The notes beneath the pieces were generated by a model. It ran no database searches and was not told the DNA's origin. It saw only the letters and a list, made by a program, of their open reading frames with translations. Both the position numbers and the translations under genes were made by a program. Shown piece after piece: positions 1-8,059 of a stretch of 18,380 nucleotides of DNA (position 1 is its first letter; each line of letters begins with the position of its first letter). The DNA is taken from the NCBI GenBank assembly GCA_020348445.1, contig CP070751.1:1204823-1223202 (forward strand), given 5' to 3'. The DNA is from Thermoplasmata archaeon. Its GTDB lineage: Archaea > Thermoplasmatota > Thermoplasmata > GCA-020350865.

Positions 1-30
1 AATGATATGTAGCAAATTATCTAAAATAAT

Positions 31-40
31 AAGAAAAAAA
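31..40 (-). terminator. Possible archaeal oligo-T terminator downstream of the small PC4-like gene
   Basis: Minus strand reads TTTTTTTCTT about 30 nt after the TAA at 70-72. Archaeal intrinsic terminators are T-tracts, but the region is AT-rich. Confidence 0.35.
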
Positions 41-69
41 TATGGAACCTCAACCGGACTTGCTCAGTT

Positions 70-297
70 TTACAGTTCCAATATGCTCTGTGCCACAAAT
101 TTCTTTATGTCCTCATCATCCGGTATTGTGAGCGATTTTTTAAATCTCTCGCTGCCGTCAGGCAGAAAATACCCTCTTGATACGGATATAAACTCGTTTT
201 CTCCATCATCGGTTATTGCTTTCTTTCTTGCGACTTCTAAGAAGTTGTTCCTTCCAAATTCCTTTTTTTCCGATTTTAGCGTTTCGAAGTTTACCAT
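70..297 (-). CDS. Small conserved archaeal protein (75 aa), putative PC4/SpoVG-like nucleic-acid-binding fold
   Basis: The ORF track gives 70..399, but the ATG at 297 (MVNFETLKSE...) has a clear SD (GAAAGGTGAAAAA-ATG) and a TATA-like run about 50 nt upstream. The segment EFISVSRGYFLPDGSERFKKSLTIP followed by a C-terminal helix resembles PC4-type proteins (recognised by eye). CDS is confident; function is tentative. Confidence 0.7.
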   Translation of the reverse strand: MVNFETLKSEKKEFGRNNFLEVARKKAITDDGENEFISVSRGYFLPDGSERFKKSLTIPDDEDIKKFVAQSILEL

Positions 298-347
298 TTT
301 TTCACCTTTCCTTTGTTTAGGGTATTTGCGGGGAAGTCTTTGTACAG

Positions 348-356
348 TATATATAT
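348..356 (-). promoter_or_regulatory. TATA-box candidate for the small gene at 70..297
   Basis: TATATATA run between the valS stop and the SD/ATG at 297. Confidence 0.45.
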
Positions 357-417
357 GTTTCGAAACCAGAATCGCCCTCGAATAGGGTTTTTCTGGCACT
401 TTTTATGCAAAAAACCG

Positions 418-3048
418 TCAATTCCCTATGAGGACCATGATATCACCCACTGTCAGGGTGTCCATTTTTCTACCATGGACTGAATAGGCCCTCTCGATGT
501 CCACAAATTCGCCGGTAATAGGTATTATCTCCCCACTTTTGAGGGTAATTTGATATCCCTCACCCTCCATGGCAAAAGAGACTTCTTGGGCATTGGCATT
601 TTTCAGAATATCAGCTATTTCACCGCTTTTTTCCTTGAATTTGGGGCCCAATTTCGCGAAATTCGGCTTTACGACCACAGGTTTTTCTTCAATGTCGATT
701 TTATCCACGACTTTAAGTTCTTTAATTCTGATCGTGCTTACAATGTCCTTTTGGATTTCTGAAAACAGCCCTTTTCTATCTCCTGCTGCAATCTCAACAA
801 GAGCTACTTTGGAATTCAGAGGCAAACCCTTTTCTGATTTCCAATTTCGAAGTGCTGCAGTGATATCCTTAGCAAGTTCGCCCTTAACAATGGCATCCTC
901 ATCCTCCAAAACAGGATCCGGCCAGCCTGATAGGTGTAGGCTTCTTTTACCGTCTAAATCCTTGAAATAGATATGATAAACCTCCTCTGTAATATGAGGC
1001 AGGAAGGTGGCGAACATCTTGGCCATCCCCAATCCTATGGTGAAGAGGGTGTATTGCGCTCCTTCATCCTTTTTATCATATATCCTATACTTCACAAGCT
1101 CGATGTAGTGATCAGCAAGCTCATGCCATAAGAAATTCTCCATAGCCCTCATTGCCCTGTCGAATTGATATTCGTCCAAATGGGTAGTGACCTCGGAAAG
1201 AACCTTTGAATATCTTGAGAGGATCCACTTGTCAATTGTGCTGAGACTCGATCTGTCAAATTCCTTCTTGCCCTCAATTGCCTTGCCTATGAATGACTCT
1301 AAATTCCAGAGCTTGGTTGTCAATCTCACTCCACGTTTTATGTCCCTCATCCTAAAAGGATTGTCCATTCCAAGGGCGCAGGTTGCGGCATAGTAGCGCA
1401 TGGCATCAGAGCCGTACTCATCGAGAATCTCAATTGGGTCCACTGCATTGCCCTTGGAGGCGTGCATGGGTGTGCCGTCCTCTGCAAGGATATAGGCCCC
1501 GATCATGATATCGTCCCAGGGCTTTTGGTCCACAAGAAGATGCTCCCTTATTATAGTGTAAAATGCCCAGGTCCTGATGATGTCCTGGGCCTGGGGTCTA
1601 AGGGACATGGGGTACAGCTTCTTGAACATGTTCTCGTCCCTTTTCCAGAAGGTGTTGAAAAGTGGGGATATACTGGAATCCATCCAGGTGTCGAACACAT
1701 CCTCGCATCCCTTTAATTCCCCACCGCACTTTGGGCAGGAATCAACTGGAGGGGGCGTTATTGTGGGATCAATATAGCACTGCTCCTCCTTGGCCACAAC
1801 GATTCCATCACATTTTGTGCATTCCCAGAGTGGAATCGGGGTGGCAAAATACCGCTGCCTGGAAATCACCCAATCCCAGGTTAAGGAATTTACCCAGTCC
1901 TGAAGACGGATTTTCATGAACTCAGGGAACCATTTGACTTCATCGGCAATCCTGAGTACGTCCTTTTTAAAATCCAGAAGCTTCAAGAACCACTGGGGAA
2001 CCTGTAAGAACTCGATTGGTGTCTTGCATCTCCAGCAGGAACCCACACTCTGGTCAAGCTCCTCCTGTTTTATCAGAAGGTCCTGCTCTTTCATGTCGTT
2101 TATGATGGCCTCCTTGGCATCTGCAATGCTCATGCCCTTATATTTTCCTGCTGCTTCTGTCATCTGGCCGTACTCATCAATACCCTTTTCGATTGCCAGG
2201 TTATAGCGGAAAATCCATTCAAGATCGTCCTTGTCACCTATTGAGCATATCATCACTATGCCTGTTCCGAATTCTGAAAGAACTTTATCGTCTTCCACAA
2301 CTTCAACTGCCCTGTTATACACAGGAGTTAAGAGCATCTTCCCGGCAAGTTCTCCTGCTCTGTCGTCCCTGGGATTTATTGCTACCAACTGACATGTGCA
2401 GAGTAGCTCGGGCCTTGTGGTAGCTATTATGACATCCTCGTCCCTATCACTGATTTTGAACTTGATATAGTTCAATTTAGTCTTTCTGTCCTGATACTCA
2501 ACCTCGGCATCAGCCAAGGCTGTCATGCATCTTGGACACCAATTCACAGGGTGCTCGCCCTTGTAGATCAGGCCCTTGTTAAAGAGCTCGATAAAGGAAA
2601 TTTGGGTGAGCCTGCGGTAGTGCTCGGCATCTGTCTGATAATAGATACTGGGATCCATGCTCTCCCCAAGGATCTTGAACTGCCTTGTCATCTCAGCGAT
2701 GTTGGCATTGGCAAATTCCCTGCAGAGTTTGATAAATTCCTGTCTGTCTATGTCCTTTCTCGTGATACCCAATTTTCTTTCCACCCTTTCCTCAATGGGT
2801 ATACCGTTGGTATCAAAACACAAGGGAAAGAACACATTGTACCCGCGCAGCCTTTTGTATCGTGCTGCAAAATCTATATGAGTATAATGCACGGCATGGC
2901 CAACATGCAAACCACCAGAGGCGTATCTGGGTGGATTGTCAACACTGTAAATTGGCTTATCGGACTCAGGATCGAACCTGAATAACTCGTTCTCGTCCCA
3001 GTAATCCTGCCATTTCTTCTCGATTTCCTTTTGATTTAAATTGGGCAT
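418..3048 (-). CDS. valS: Valine--tRNA ligase (class Ia), archaeal type, 876 aa
   Basis: HIGH motif HVGH (2896..2907) within DNPPRYASGGLHVGH; editing-domain motifs TTRPELL and GTGIVMIC; DWVISRQRYFATPIP; DVFDTWMDSS; QAQDIIRTWAFY; Zn-knuckle CxxC pairs; degenerate KMSKS (PMHASKGN); C-terminal anticodon-binding helices. Confidence 0.96.
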   Translation of the reverse strand: MPNLNQKEIEKKWQDYWDENELFRFDPESDKPIYSVDNPPRYASGGLHVGHAVHYTHIDFAARYKRLRGYNVFFPLCFDTNGIPIEERVERKLGITRKDIDRQEFIKLCREFANANIAEMTRQFKILGESMDPSIYYQTDAEHYRRLTQISFIELFNKGLIYKGEHPVNWCPRCMTALADAEVEYQDRKTKLNYIKFKISDRDEDVIIATTRPELLCTCQLVAINPRDDRAGELAGKMLLTPVYNRAVEVVEDDKVLSEFGTGIVMICSIGDKDDLEWIFRYNLAIEKGIDEYGQMTEAAGKYKGMSIADAKEAIINDMKEQDLLIKQEELDQSVGSCWRCKTPIEFLQVPQWFLKLLDFKKDVLRIADEVKWFPEFMKIRLQDWVNSLTWDWVISRQRYFATPIPLWECTKCDGIVVAKEEQCYIDPTITPPPVDSCPKCGGELKGCEDVFDTWMDSSISPLFNTFWKRDENMFKKLYPMSLRPQAQDIIRTWAFYTIIREHLLVDQKPWDDIMIGAYILAEDGTPMHASKGNAVDPIEILDEYGSDAMRYYAATCALGMDNPFRMRDIKRGVRLTTKLWNLESFIGKAIEGKKEFDRSSLSTIDKWILSRYSKVLSEVTTHLDEYQFDRAMRAMENFLWHELADHYIELVKYRIYDKKDEGAQYTLFTIGLGMAKMFATFLPHITEEVYHIYFKDLDGKRSLHLSGWPDPVLEDEDAIVKGELAKDITAALRNWKSEKGLPLNSKVALVEIAAGDRKGLFSEIQKDIVSTIRIKELKVVDKIDIEEKPVVVKPNFAKLGPKFKEKSGEIADILKNANAQEVSFAMEGEGYQITLKSGEIIPITGEFVDIERAYSVHGRKMDTLTVGDIMVLIGN

Positions 3049-3070
3049 GTGCCATTGGGAAACACTTGGT

Positions 3071-3079
3071 TAAATAAAA
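3071..3079 (-). promoter_or_regulatory. TATA-box candidate for valS (near-leaderless transcript)
   Basis: Minus strand TTTTATTTA ends about 23 nt upstream of the ATG at 3048, with no SD in between. Confidence 0.45.
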
Positions 3080-3181
3080 GGTTTTTGCGGTTTTTATCGG
3101 TCTTGTTCCATCTCCAAATTAAAGTTTATCTATTCTTTAATGCATAACTAACTGATTCTTTTCATTAAAACTTTTAGAGAA

Positions 3182-4168
3182 TCATCTGGTCCAAGCTCTG
3201 AATTTAAACTCCGAACCTTTCTCAATAAGAGATCCCAAGAAATATCCTGCGATGACAAGATACAGTAAACCTAAGACGCCAATCACTCCAATTATATCGA
3301 TAATAAGCAGCGGGCCCAAAATCCATGTTAGGGTCATATCAAGGATCATGCTCTTTACCCAATCACTTCTTCTGCGCATTCTAAATAGATTCCTTATCAG
3401 ATATCCCTGGGTGGGAATTCCGAATATCAAAAACAATATGAAATAAATTGGAGATACAAGATGAAATAGAAGGGGCAATAGGTAAATACCGTAAAATATG
3501 AACTTCAGGCACAATGCATAAAGAATAAGGGGATCCTTTAACTTTAATTTCTTACCAAGAGTGTAATTCAATCTGCTGGCCATAGATGGTATATTCAACA
3601 TTCTATCTGTATCCACATCCTTCATCTCATTCTGCCACTGATTAAATACCAAAGCCAACAATATACTGATAAAAACTATCCAGGATATGGGTGTGGGATG
3701 TCCAACGGCAAAGACCCCGAAGAACGAATAAAGTGCATATCCAAACGGAAATGTGATTTCGAAAGCTATGGGAACGTATTTTGCTTTGAAGCTGTATAAG
3801 GCTACAACAGCATATGAAATCACGAATACCAAGGCTGCTTTGGTTGGGAAAAAATACACTATTAGAAATAGGTTGAAAAATAGGCCAAAGAGGACAAATG
3901 CATAAGCCTCTATGGTACTAATGGCTCCTTTAACAAGAGGTTTTCCTGATAATCCCGGGACCTTGGAATCCAACTTCTTATCGCAGATTTCATTTAACGC
4001 GGCACCTGAGGAATGCGAGAAGAAGCCGATGACGATCAATAATATAATATCCCGGGGGGGAACATTTCCGCAGGCCGTATATGCACCCAAAATCGAAACT
4101 GCAGCAGTTGTGGAGGCACCCTGAATCCTCCCTAAGCCCATGTAATATCTGAATTTGTCAAATGTCAT
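3182..4168 (-). CDS. UbiA-family prenyltransferase 1 (integral membrane, 328 aa)
   Basis: Two Asp-rich motifs, NEICDKKLD (3968..3994, followed by KPLVKGAIS) and NEMKDVDTD; many hydrophobic segments; SD-like GGCGGAG 8 nt upstream of the ATG. Confidence 0.88.
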   Translation of the reverse strand: MTFDKFRYYMGLGRIQGASTTAAVSILGAYTACGNVPPRDIILLIVIGFFSHSSGAALNEICDKKLDSKVPGLSGKPLVKGAISTIEAYAFVLFGLFFNLFLIVYFFPTKAALVFVISYAVVALYSFKAKYVPIAFEITFPFGYALYSFFGVFAVGHPTPISWIVFISILLALVFNQWQNEMKDVDTDRMLNIPSMASRLNYTLGKKLKLKDPLILYALCLKFIFYGIYLLPLLFHLVSPIYFILFLIFGIPTQGYLIRNLFRMRRRSDWVKSMILDMTLTWILGPLLIIDIIGVIGVLGLLYLVIAGYFLGSLIEKGSEFKFRAWTR

Positions 4169-4224
4169 TATGTATTCTCCGCCATTTTTCTCTTACCCAT
4201 TACTTCCAACCTTCGATCACCAAT

Positions 4225-4247
4225 AACTATAAAGAACTATAAATATA
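4225..4247. promoter_or_regulatory. Divergent promoter region with tandem AACTATAAA repeats / TATA boxes
   Basis: AACTATAAA at 4225-4233 and 4235-4243 (10-bp period), running into TATAAATATA. It lies in the 97-bp gap between divergent UbiA 1 and the radical SAM gene. Confidence 0.5.
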
Positions 4248-4265
4248 TCCAAATAATTTGATACA

Positions 4266-5756
4266 TTGGCAATCGAAATAATTCTTTTAGAGCAATTGCC
4301 CTTGGCTGAGGGGACAAACCTGTTTGACAGGATGACCACAAATCCGATAGGTCCAGGGCTTTTACAACTGGAAGCTGTTTTGGAAAAGGAAGGTTACAAG
4401 GTAGGACTCGGCAGTGTAAAGGATATAAAAGATATTGATAAGATTCTCACACGCCAACCAAATACAGGTATAGTTGGAATTTCCTGCATCACGGCAAACT
4501 GCCAAGACGCATATTATGCTTTGGATCACATAAAAAAGAATTACGAATTGCCCACTATAATTGGGGGCTGTCACGTTACTTTTCTTCCCGAGGAGGCTTT
4601 GAATCATGCCGATGTTGTTTTCGTGGGTGAAACAGAAATTTCCCTCCCCGAATTCCTAGGAGAAGTAGAGCAAAAGGGCTGGCCAAAGAAAAAAATGGAT
4701 AGAATCCGAGGTGCGATTATCGATGATAACGGAGTCAGAATAAATCCCAGGTACATGGTTAAGGACTTGGACTCACTTCCCCACATAAAATACACTTACA
4801 CAGTTGTCAAAACAACATCCACTCCATTGGATGGATTTCTTGCCAAGGTATCAGCAAAAGCACGACTCTCCACCTCCAGAGGATGCCCCTTTGCCTGCGA
4901 GTTCTGCCAGAGCTCAAGAAAGGAAGGCATGAAATGGAGGGCGAACAGTGCAGAGTATGTTGTGGACTCCATGGAACTTTTCGAAGAGAAAGGTGCCAAC
5001 ATGATACAGTTTGTGGACGATAATTTCTCCTTGGATGCAAAACGCATTGAAAAGATATGCGACTTGATCGAAAAAAGAGGATTGGATGTATCCTGGGCAT
5101 TTTTCGGGAGATTGGATTGGATTGCAACCCATCCAAATCTCTTTCACAGGATGGTTGAGAATGGATGTATGTCCATATTTGTTGGGATAGAGAGCGGATC
5201 TCAGAAAGTGCTTGACGGCATGAAGAAAAAGCTGACAGTGGACCAAATAACAAAAGGTTTTGAGATAATCCATTCCGAAAAAGCAGTTTTCAGTACAGGA
5301 TCCATGATAATTGGTGCTTATGATGATACAGAGAAGACAATTGATCATTCAATTGATTTTGTAAAGAAGCTGAACCCTCACTTTGCGCTATTTACAATGA
5401 TGACTCCCTACCCTGGGGCGCCATTATATGATAGATTGGTAAAGGAGAATAGAATAAACACATACGACTGGAGCAAATACACTGGTGAAAATCTGGTATT
5501 CGATCACCCATTTATTGATAATGACTTGGTTCAGTACAAACTCTACGAGGTGTACAAGGAATATTATTCAAGGGAGGAATGGCAGGATAAAATCAATAGT
5601 TGGGATGTTCCTTCAGATATGTTACCTTCGCTTCCCCAATTCATTAAAAATTGGCTTTTCAGGCGGGTGATCTCCAACGTTAAGAAGAAAGGTTTCAAAT
5701 ACTGGTCCAAGGTTTTAGAGGATTACGAGGTAGAAATGGGACGAGATGTGTCTTAA
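4266..5756 (+). CDS. Cobalamin-binding radical SAM enzyme (class B-like), 496 aa, TTG start
   Basis: N-terminal B12-binding domain pattern (IEIILLE...PGLLQLEAVL...GISCIT...IIGGCHVTFLPEEAL...DVVFVGETE); CxxxCxxC = CPFACEFC at 4884..4907; FVDDNF; GIESGSQKVLDGMKK; TPYPGAPLY. The TTG start is supported because it keeps the first beta-strand of the B12 domain. Confidence 0.92.
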   Translation: MAIEIILLEQLPLAEGTNLFDRMTTNPIGPGLLQLEAVLEKEGYKVGLGSVKDIKDIDKILTRQPNTGIVGISCITANCQDAYYALDHIKKNYELPTIIGGCHVTFLPEEALNHADVVFVGETEISLPEFLGEVEQKGWPKKKMDRIRGAIIDDNGVRINPRYMVKDLDSLPHIKYTYTVVKTTSTPLDGFLAKVSAKARLSTSRGCPFACEFCQSSRKEGMKWRANSAEYVVDSMELFEEKGANMIQFVDDNFSLDAKRIEKICDLIEKRGLDVSWAFFGRLDWIATHPNLFHRMVENGCMSIFVGIESGSQKVLDGMKKKLTVDQITKGFEIIHSEKAVFSTGSMIIGAYDDTEKTIDHSIDFVKKLNPHFALFTMMTPYPGAPLYDRLVKENRINTYDWSKYTGENLVFDHPFIDNDLVQYKLYEVYKEYYSREEWQDKINSWDVPSDMLPSLPQFIKNWLFRRVISNVKKKGFKYWSKVLEDYEVEMGRDVS

Positions 5757-5768
5757 GTTATTTTTGTA

Positions 5769-6794
5769 TTATTCCATGTATTTCCCAAATTTCAGTTCTG
5801 CCCCATGCTGCAAAAAGGATCCAACAAAGTATCCCAAGACAATATATAAAATGAGATACAAGATTATGGCCCATCCAACGATGTCAATGATCAATATCGG
5901 CCCTAGGATCACCGTGGACTCTACATCCAAAACCAATATTTTCACCCATCTTCCCCGAGTATGCTTCCCGAAGAGCAGGTATATCACGTAAGCCTGGGTT
6001 GGAAGGCCCACCACCAAAAATATAAAGAAGTAAAGAGGCAAGCCAAATAAGGATAATGGGTATATATCTGTTGGAGGAACAAGATCAAATAATATGGGTA
6101 AAAAATAGACAATAAGAAATGCAAATTTAAGGGTCAGAGCATAGATTATCAAGGGATTGGTTAGGGTAAGTTTCTGACCAAACCTGTACTTTAAAAGATA
6201 AGGCACACTCTTTATCCCAAATCTCGAATCTGTATCAACATCTTTCATCTCGTTAATCCATTGATCAAAAACAGTAGCTATGAAAATTACAGCTATCATT
6301 ACATAGCTTATTGATGTGGGTTGCCCAATTGCATAAAGCCCATATATTGTATAAAACACACCATTTAAAGGGACCATGACCTCGCAGATTCCTGGTGTGC
6401 GTTTCAGTTTTAAATTGTATATTGCGATGACTCCTCCCGACAATAAAAAGAATATCGTAGCCATCAAAATCGGATAGAGGTAGATAGTAAGAACTGTACT
6501 TAGCACGAGCATTGCCATTGACAAAGAAAGAGCTGTTTTAGGGGAAATGGTACCTGTAACCAAGGGTTTGTCTTTCAGGGTGTCAACAGTTACATCTAGC
6601 TTCATATCGCAGTATTCATGAAATGAGGCTCCGGCCATATGCGCAAAAAATGCGATTACAGTGAAATAGATCCAGTCGATAGGCTCAACAGATCCAGTTG
6701 ATGTGTATGCACCGATCAGTGCAACTCCTGCAGTAAGGGATACACCCTGAACCCTGCCTAGGTCCATATATGCTCGGAATTTCTCCAATGCCAT
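5769..6794 (-). CDS. UbiA-family prenyltransferase 2 (paralog of 3182..4168)
   Basis: Motifs HEYCDMKLD (6594..6620, followed by KPLVTGTIS) and NEMKDVDTD. Gap-free alignment with UbiA 1 gives 46/84 identities over the N-terminus (hand count). Start placed at ATG 6794 by alignment to the paralog; alternatives are ATG 6797 and GTG 6806. Confidence 0.88.
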   Translation of the reverse strand: MALEKFRAYMDLGRVQGVSLTAGVALIGAYTSTGSVEPIDWIYFTVIAFFAHMAGASFHEYCDMKLDVTVDTLKDKPLVTGTISPKTALSLSMAMLVLSTVLTIYLYPILMATIFFLLSGGVIAIYNLKLKRTPGICEVMVPLNGVFYTIYGLYAIGQPTSISYVMIAVIFIATVFDQWINEMKDVDTDSRFGIKSVPYLLKYRFGQKLTLTNPLIIYALTLKFAFLIVYFLPILFDLVPPTDIYPLSLFGLPLYFFIFLVVGLPTQAYVIYLLFGKHTRGRWVKILVLDVESTVILGPILIIDIVGWAIILYLILYIVLGYFVGSFLQHGAELKFGKYME

Positions 6795-7031
6795 CATATA
6801 ATCCACGCCATTTAGACAGATAGCAATTTTTCAATACTAAAACAAGATAATAACCCTGGGTCATAAACCTGTTGCTTACCATGTAAAGTAATCCTATATG
6901 AAATAACAATTATCATCAATTTACATGTTAACGGCCAATACTATATATTGAAATGCTATTTATACTAGATATAGAACTGTAATTTACACTGAGGAATCCA
7001 TAGTCTTTAGGCTCTTGAAGGAGAAAAGCCC

Positions 7032-7949
7032 ATGGGAGATTGGGGACAACGAATTATCGGGCATATAAAATTAACAAGACCCCCTGCAGTAATCTGGTTG
7101 GACTTTATTCCGGCTGTCACATTTTTTGTGGTAATTACCCATCATCTCCCATCATATTTCTATCTTCTTTTCATCCTTGGGATAATGTGCTTTGATATGA
7201 CCTCAAGCACTGTAAATGACATAGCCGATTTTGAAAGCGACAGAAGAAGCATCGAGCCCAATAGAAAACACAGGCCCATTGTTATGGGTGTCATCTCAAA
7301 GAAGGCGGCATCTTACAGGACCATATCACTCTTTGTTGTCGGTTGCATAATATTCGTATACCTGTCCTTTTACAGTTCCCCTTTGATTTTCCTGTTTGCA
7401 TTGTTACTTGGACTTTTGGGATTACAGTACTCCCTTCCACCATTGGAAATGGGAGCTCGTCCCATGCTTTCTACAATTTTTTGGCCTTTTTTATGGATTA
7501 TCTACTATTTAGCGCTCATATCATATATTGGATTGGAGAAGGTGGAATCAGGTTTACTATTTCTTGGATCAGTAATATTATTTATGGGACTTGCAGAGCC
7601 TCTTGCAAAGGACATCCGGGATGTCGACAACGACAAAAGAGGAGGAAAGATAACAACAGTTGTGCGCTTTGGAGTTCCAAGATCTGCAATAGCGAGTTTC
7701 ACTCTTTCTATAATGGGAAGCTTGATGTGGATTTATTCTTTGTATGTCATTTCAACTAACAATTACTACATTCTTTTAATTCTGTTGATGGTCTTTGTTC
7801 TTTGGAATGGATACTGTCTAGCTCTTACGAGGCGTTTAATTTCTTCTTATCAGAAAAAGGATGGAAGGAGTATGCATCTAGGATACATCCTGACTTTCAC
7901 TGTGGCCAATTTTCTTACCATCGCCTTCTTTTTAGCCAATAAACTATAA
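7032..7949 (+). CDS. UbiA-family prenyltransferase 3 (DGGGP-synthase/ChlG-like motif pattern), 305 aa
   Basis: NDIADFESD...RPIVMGVIS and KDIRDVDNDKRGGKITTVVRFG; multiple TM segments; SD GAAGGAG upstream. Subfamily not resolved by eye. Confidence 0.87.
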   Translation: MGDWGQRIIGHIKLTRPPAVIWLDFIPAVTFFVVITHHLPSYFYLLFILGIMCFDMTSSTVNDIADFESDRRSIEPNRKHRPIVMGVISKKAASYRTISLFVVGCIIFVYLSFYSSPLIFLFALLLGLLGLQYSLPPLEMGARPMLSTIFWPFLWIIYYLALISYIGLEKVESGLLFLGSVILFMGLAEPLAKDIRDVDNDKRGGKITTVVRFGVPRSAIASFTLSIMGSLMWIYSLYVISTNNYYILLILLMVFVLWNGYCLALTRRLISSYQKKDGRSMHLGYILTFTVANFLTIAFFLANKL

Positions 7950-8021
7950 ATTGCGACCAACATATACGGGTTTTCATATCAAGACTCATCTATCTAAAGG
8001 ATGTTCCTTACGATGAACCTC

Positions 8022-8031
8022 TATATATAAA
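8022..8031 (+). promoter_or_regulatory. TATA box for the guaAA / release-factor transcript
   Basis: TATATATAAA about 30 nt upstream of ATG 8060; GGGAG SD-like at 8052-8056. Confidence 0.55.
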
Positions 8032-8059
8032 CATCTATGCTTGATTACATTGGGAGACG

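Noticed and set aside
366-396. Imperfect hairpin CCAGAA...CCCT-CGAAT-AGGG...TTCTGG after valS
   Set aside because: Only 6+4 bp with an internal mismatch. It could aid termination but is too weak to call a terminator or ncRNA.
298-399. N-terminal extension of the 70..399 ORF (MPEKPY...)
   Set aside because: It runs through the TATA run and SD of the ATG at 297, so the shorter 75-aa product is better supported.
2-2985. Plus-strand ORFs opposite valS and the small gene (2..385, 550..762, 569..970, 1187..1393, 1462..1716, 1577..1777, 1662..1919, 1916..2206, 2193..2423, 2551..2985) and the nested 2657..2881
   Set aside because: Shadow frames of real genes, with no recognisable motifs or initiation signals.
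4266-5756. Specific assignment of the radical SAM enzyme as GrsA/B, Gmm, HpnP or BchE
   Set aside because: The visible motifs are shared by the whole B12-radical SAM class, so a phylogeny is needed.
3182-7949. Apparent AT-richness of the UbiA genes as evidence of horizontal transfer
   Set aside because: Confounded by Ile/Phe/Leu/Tyr-rich membrane-protein codons. Not quantified, and no flanking repeats or mobility genes were seen.
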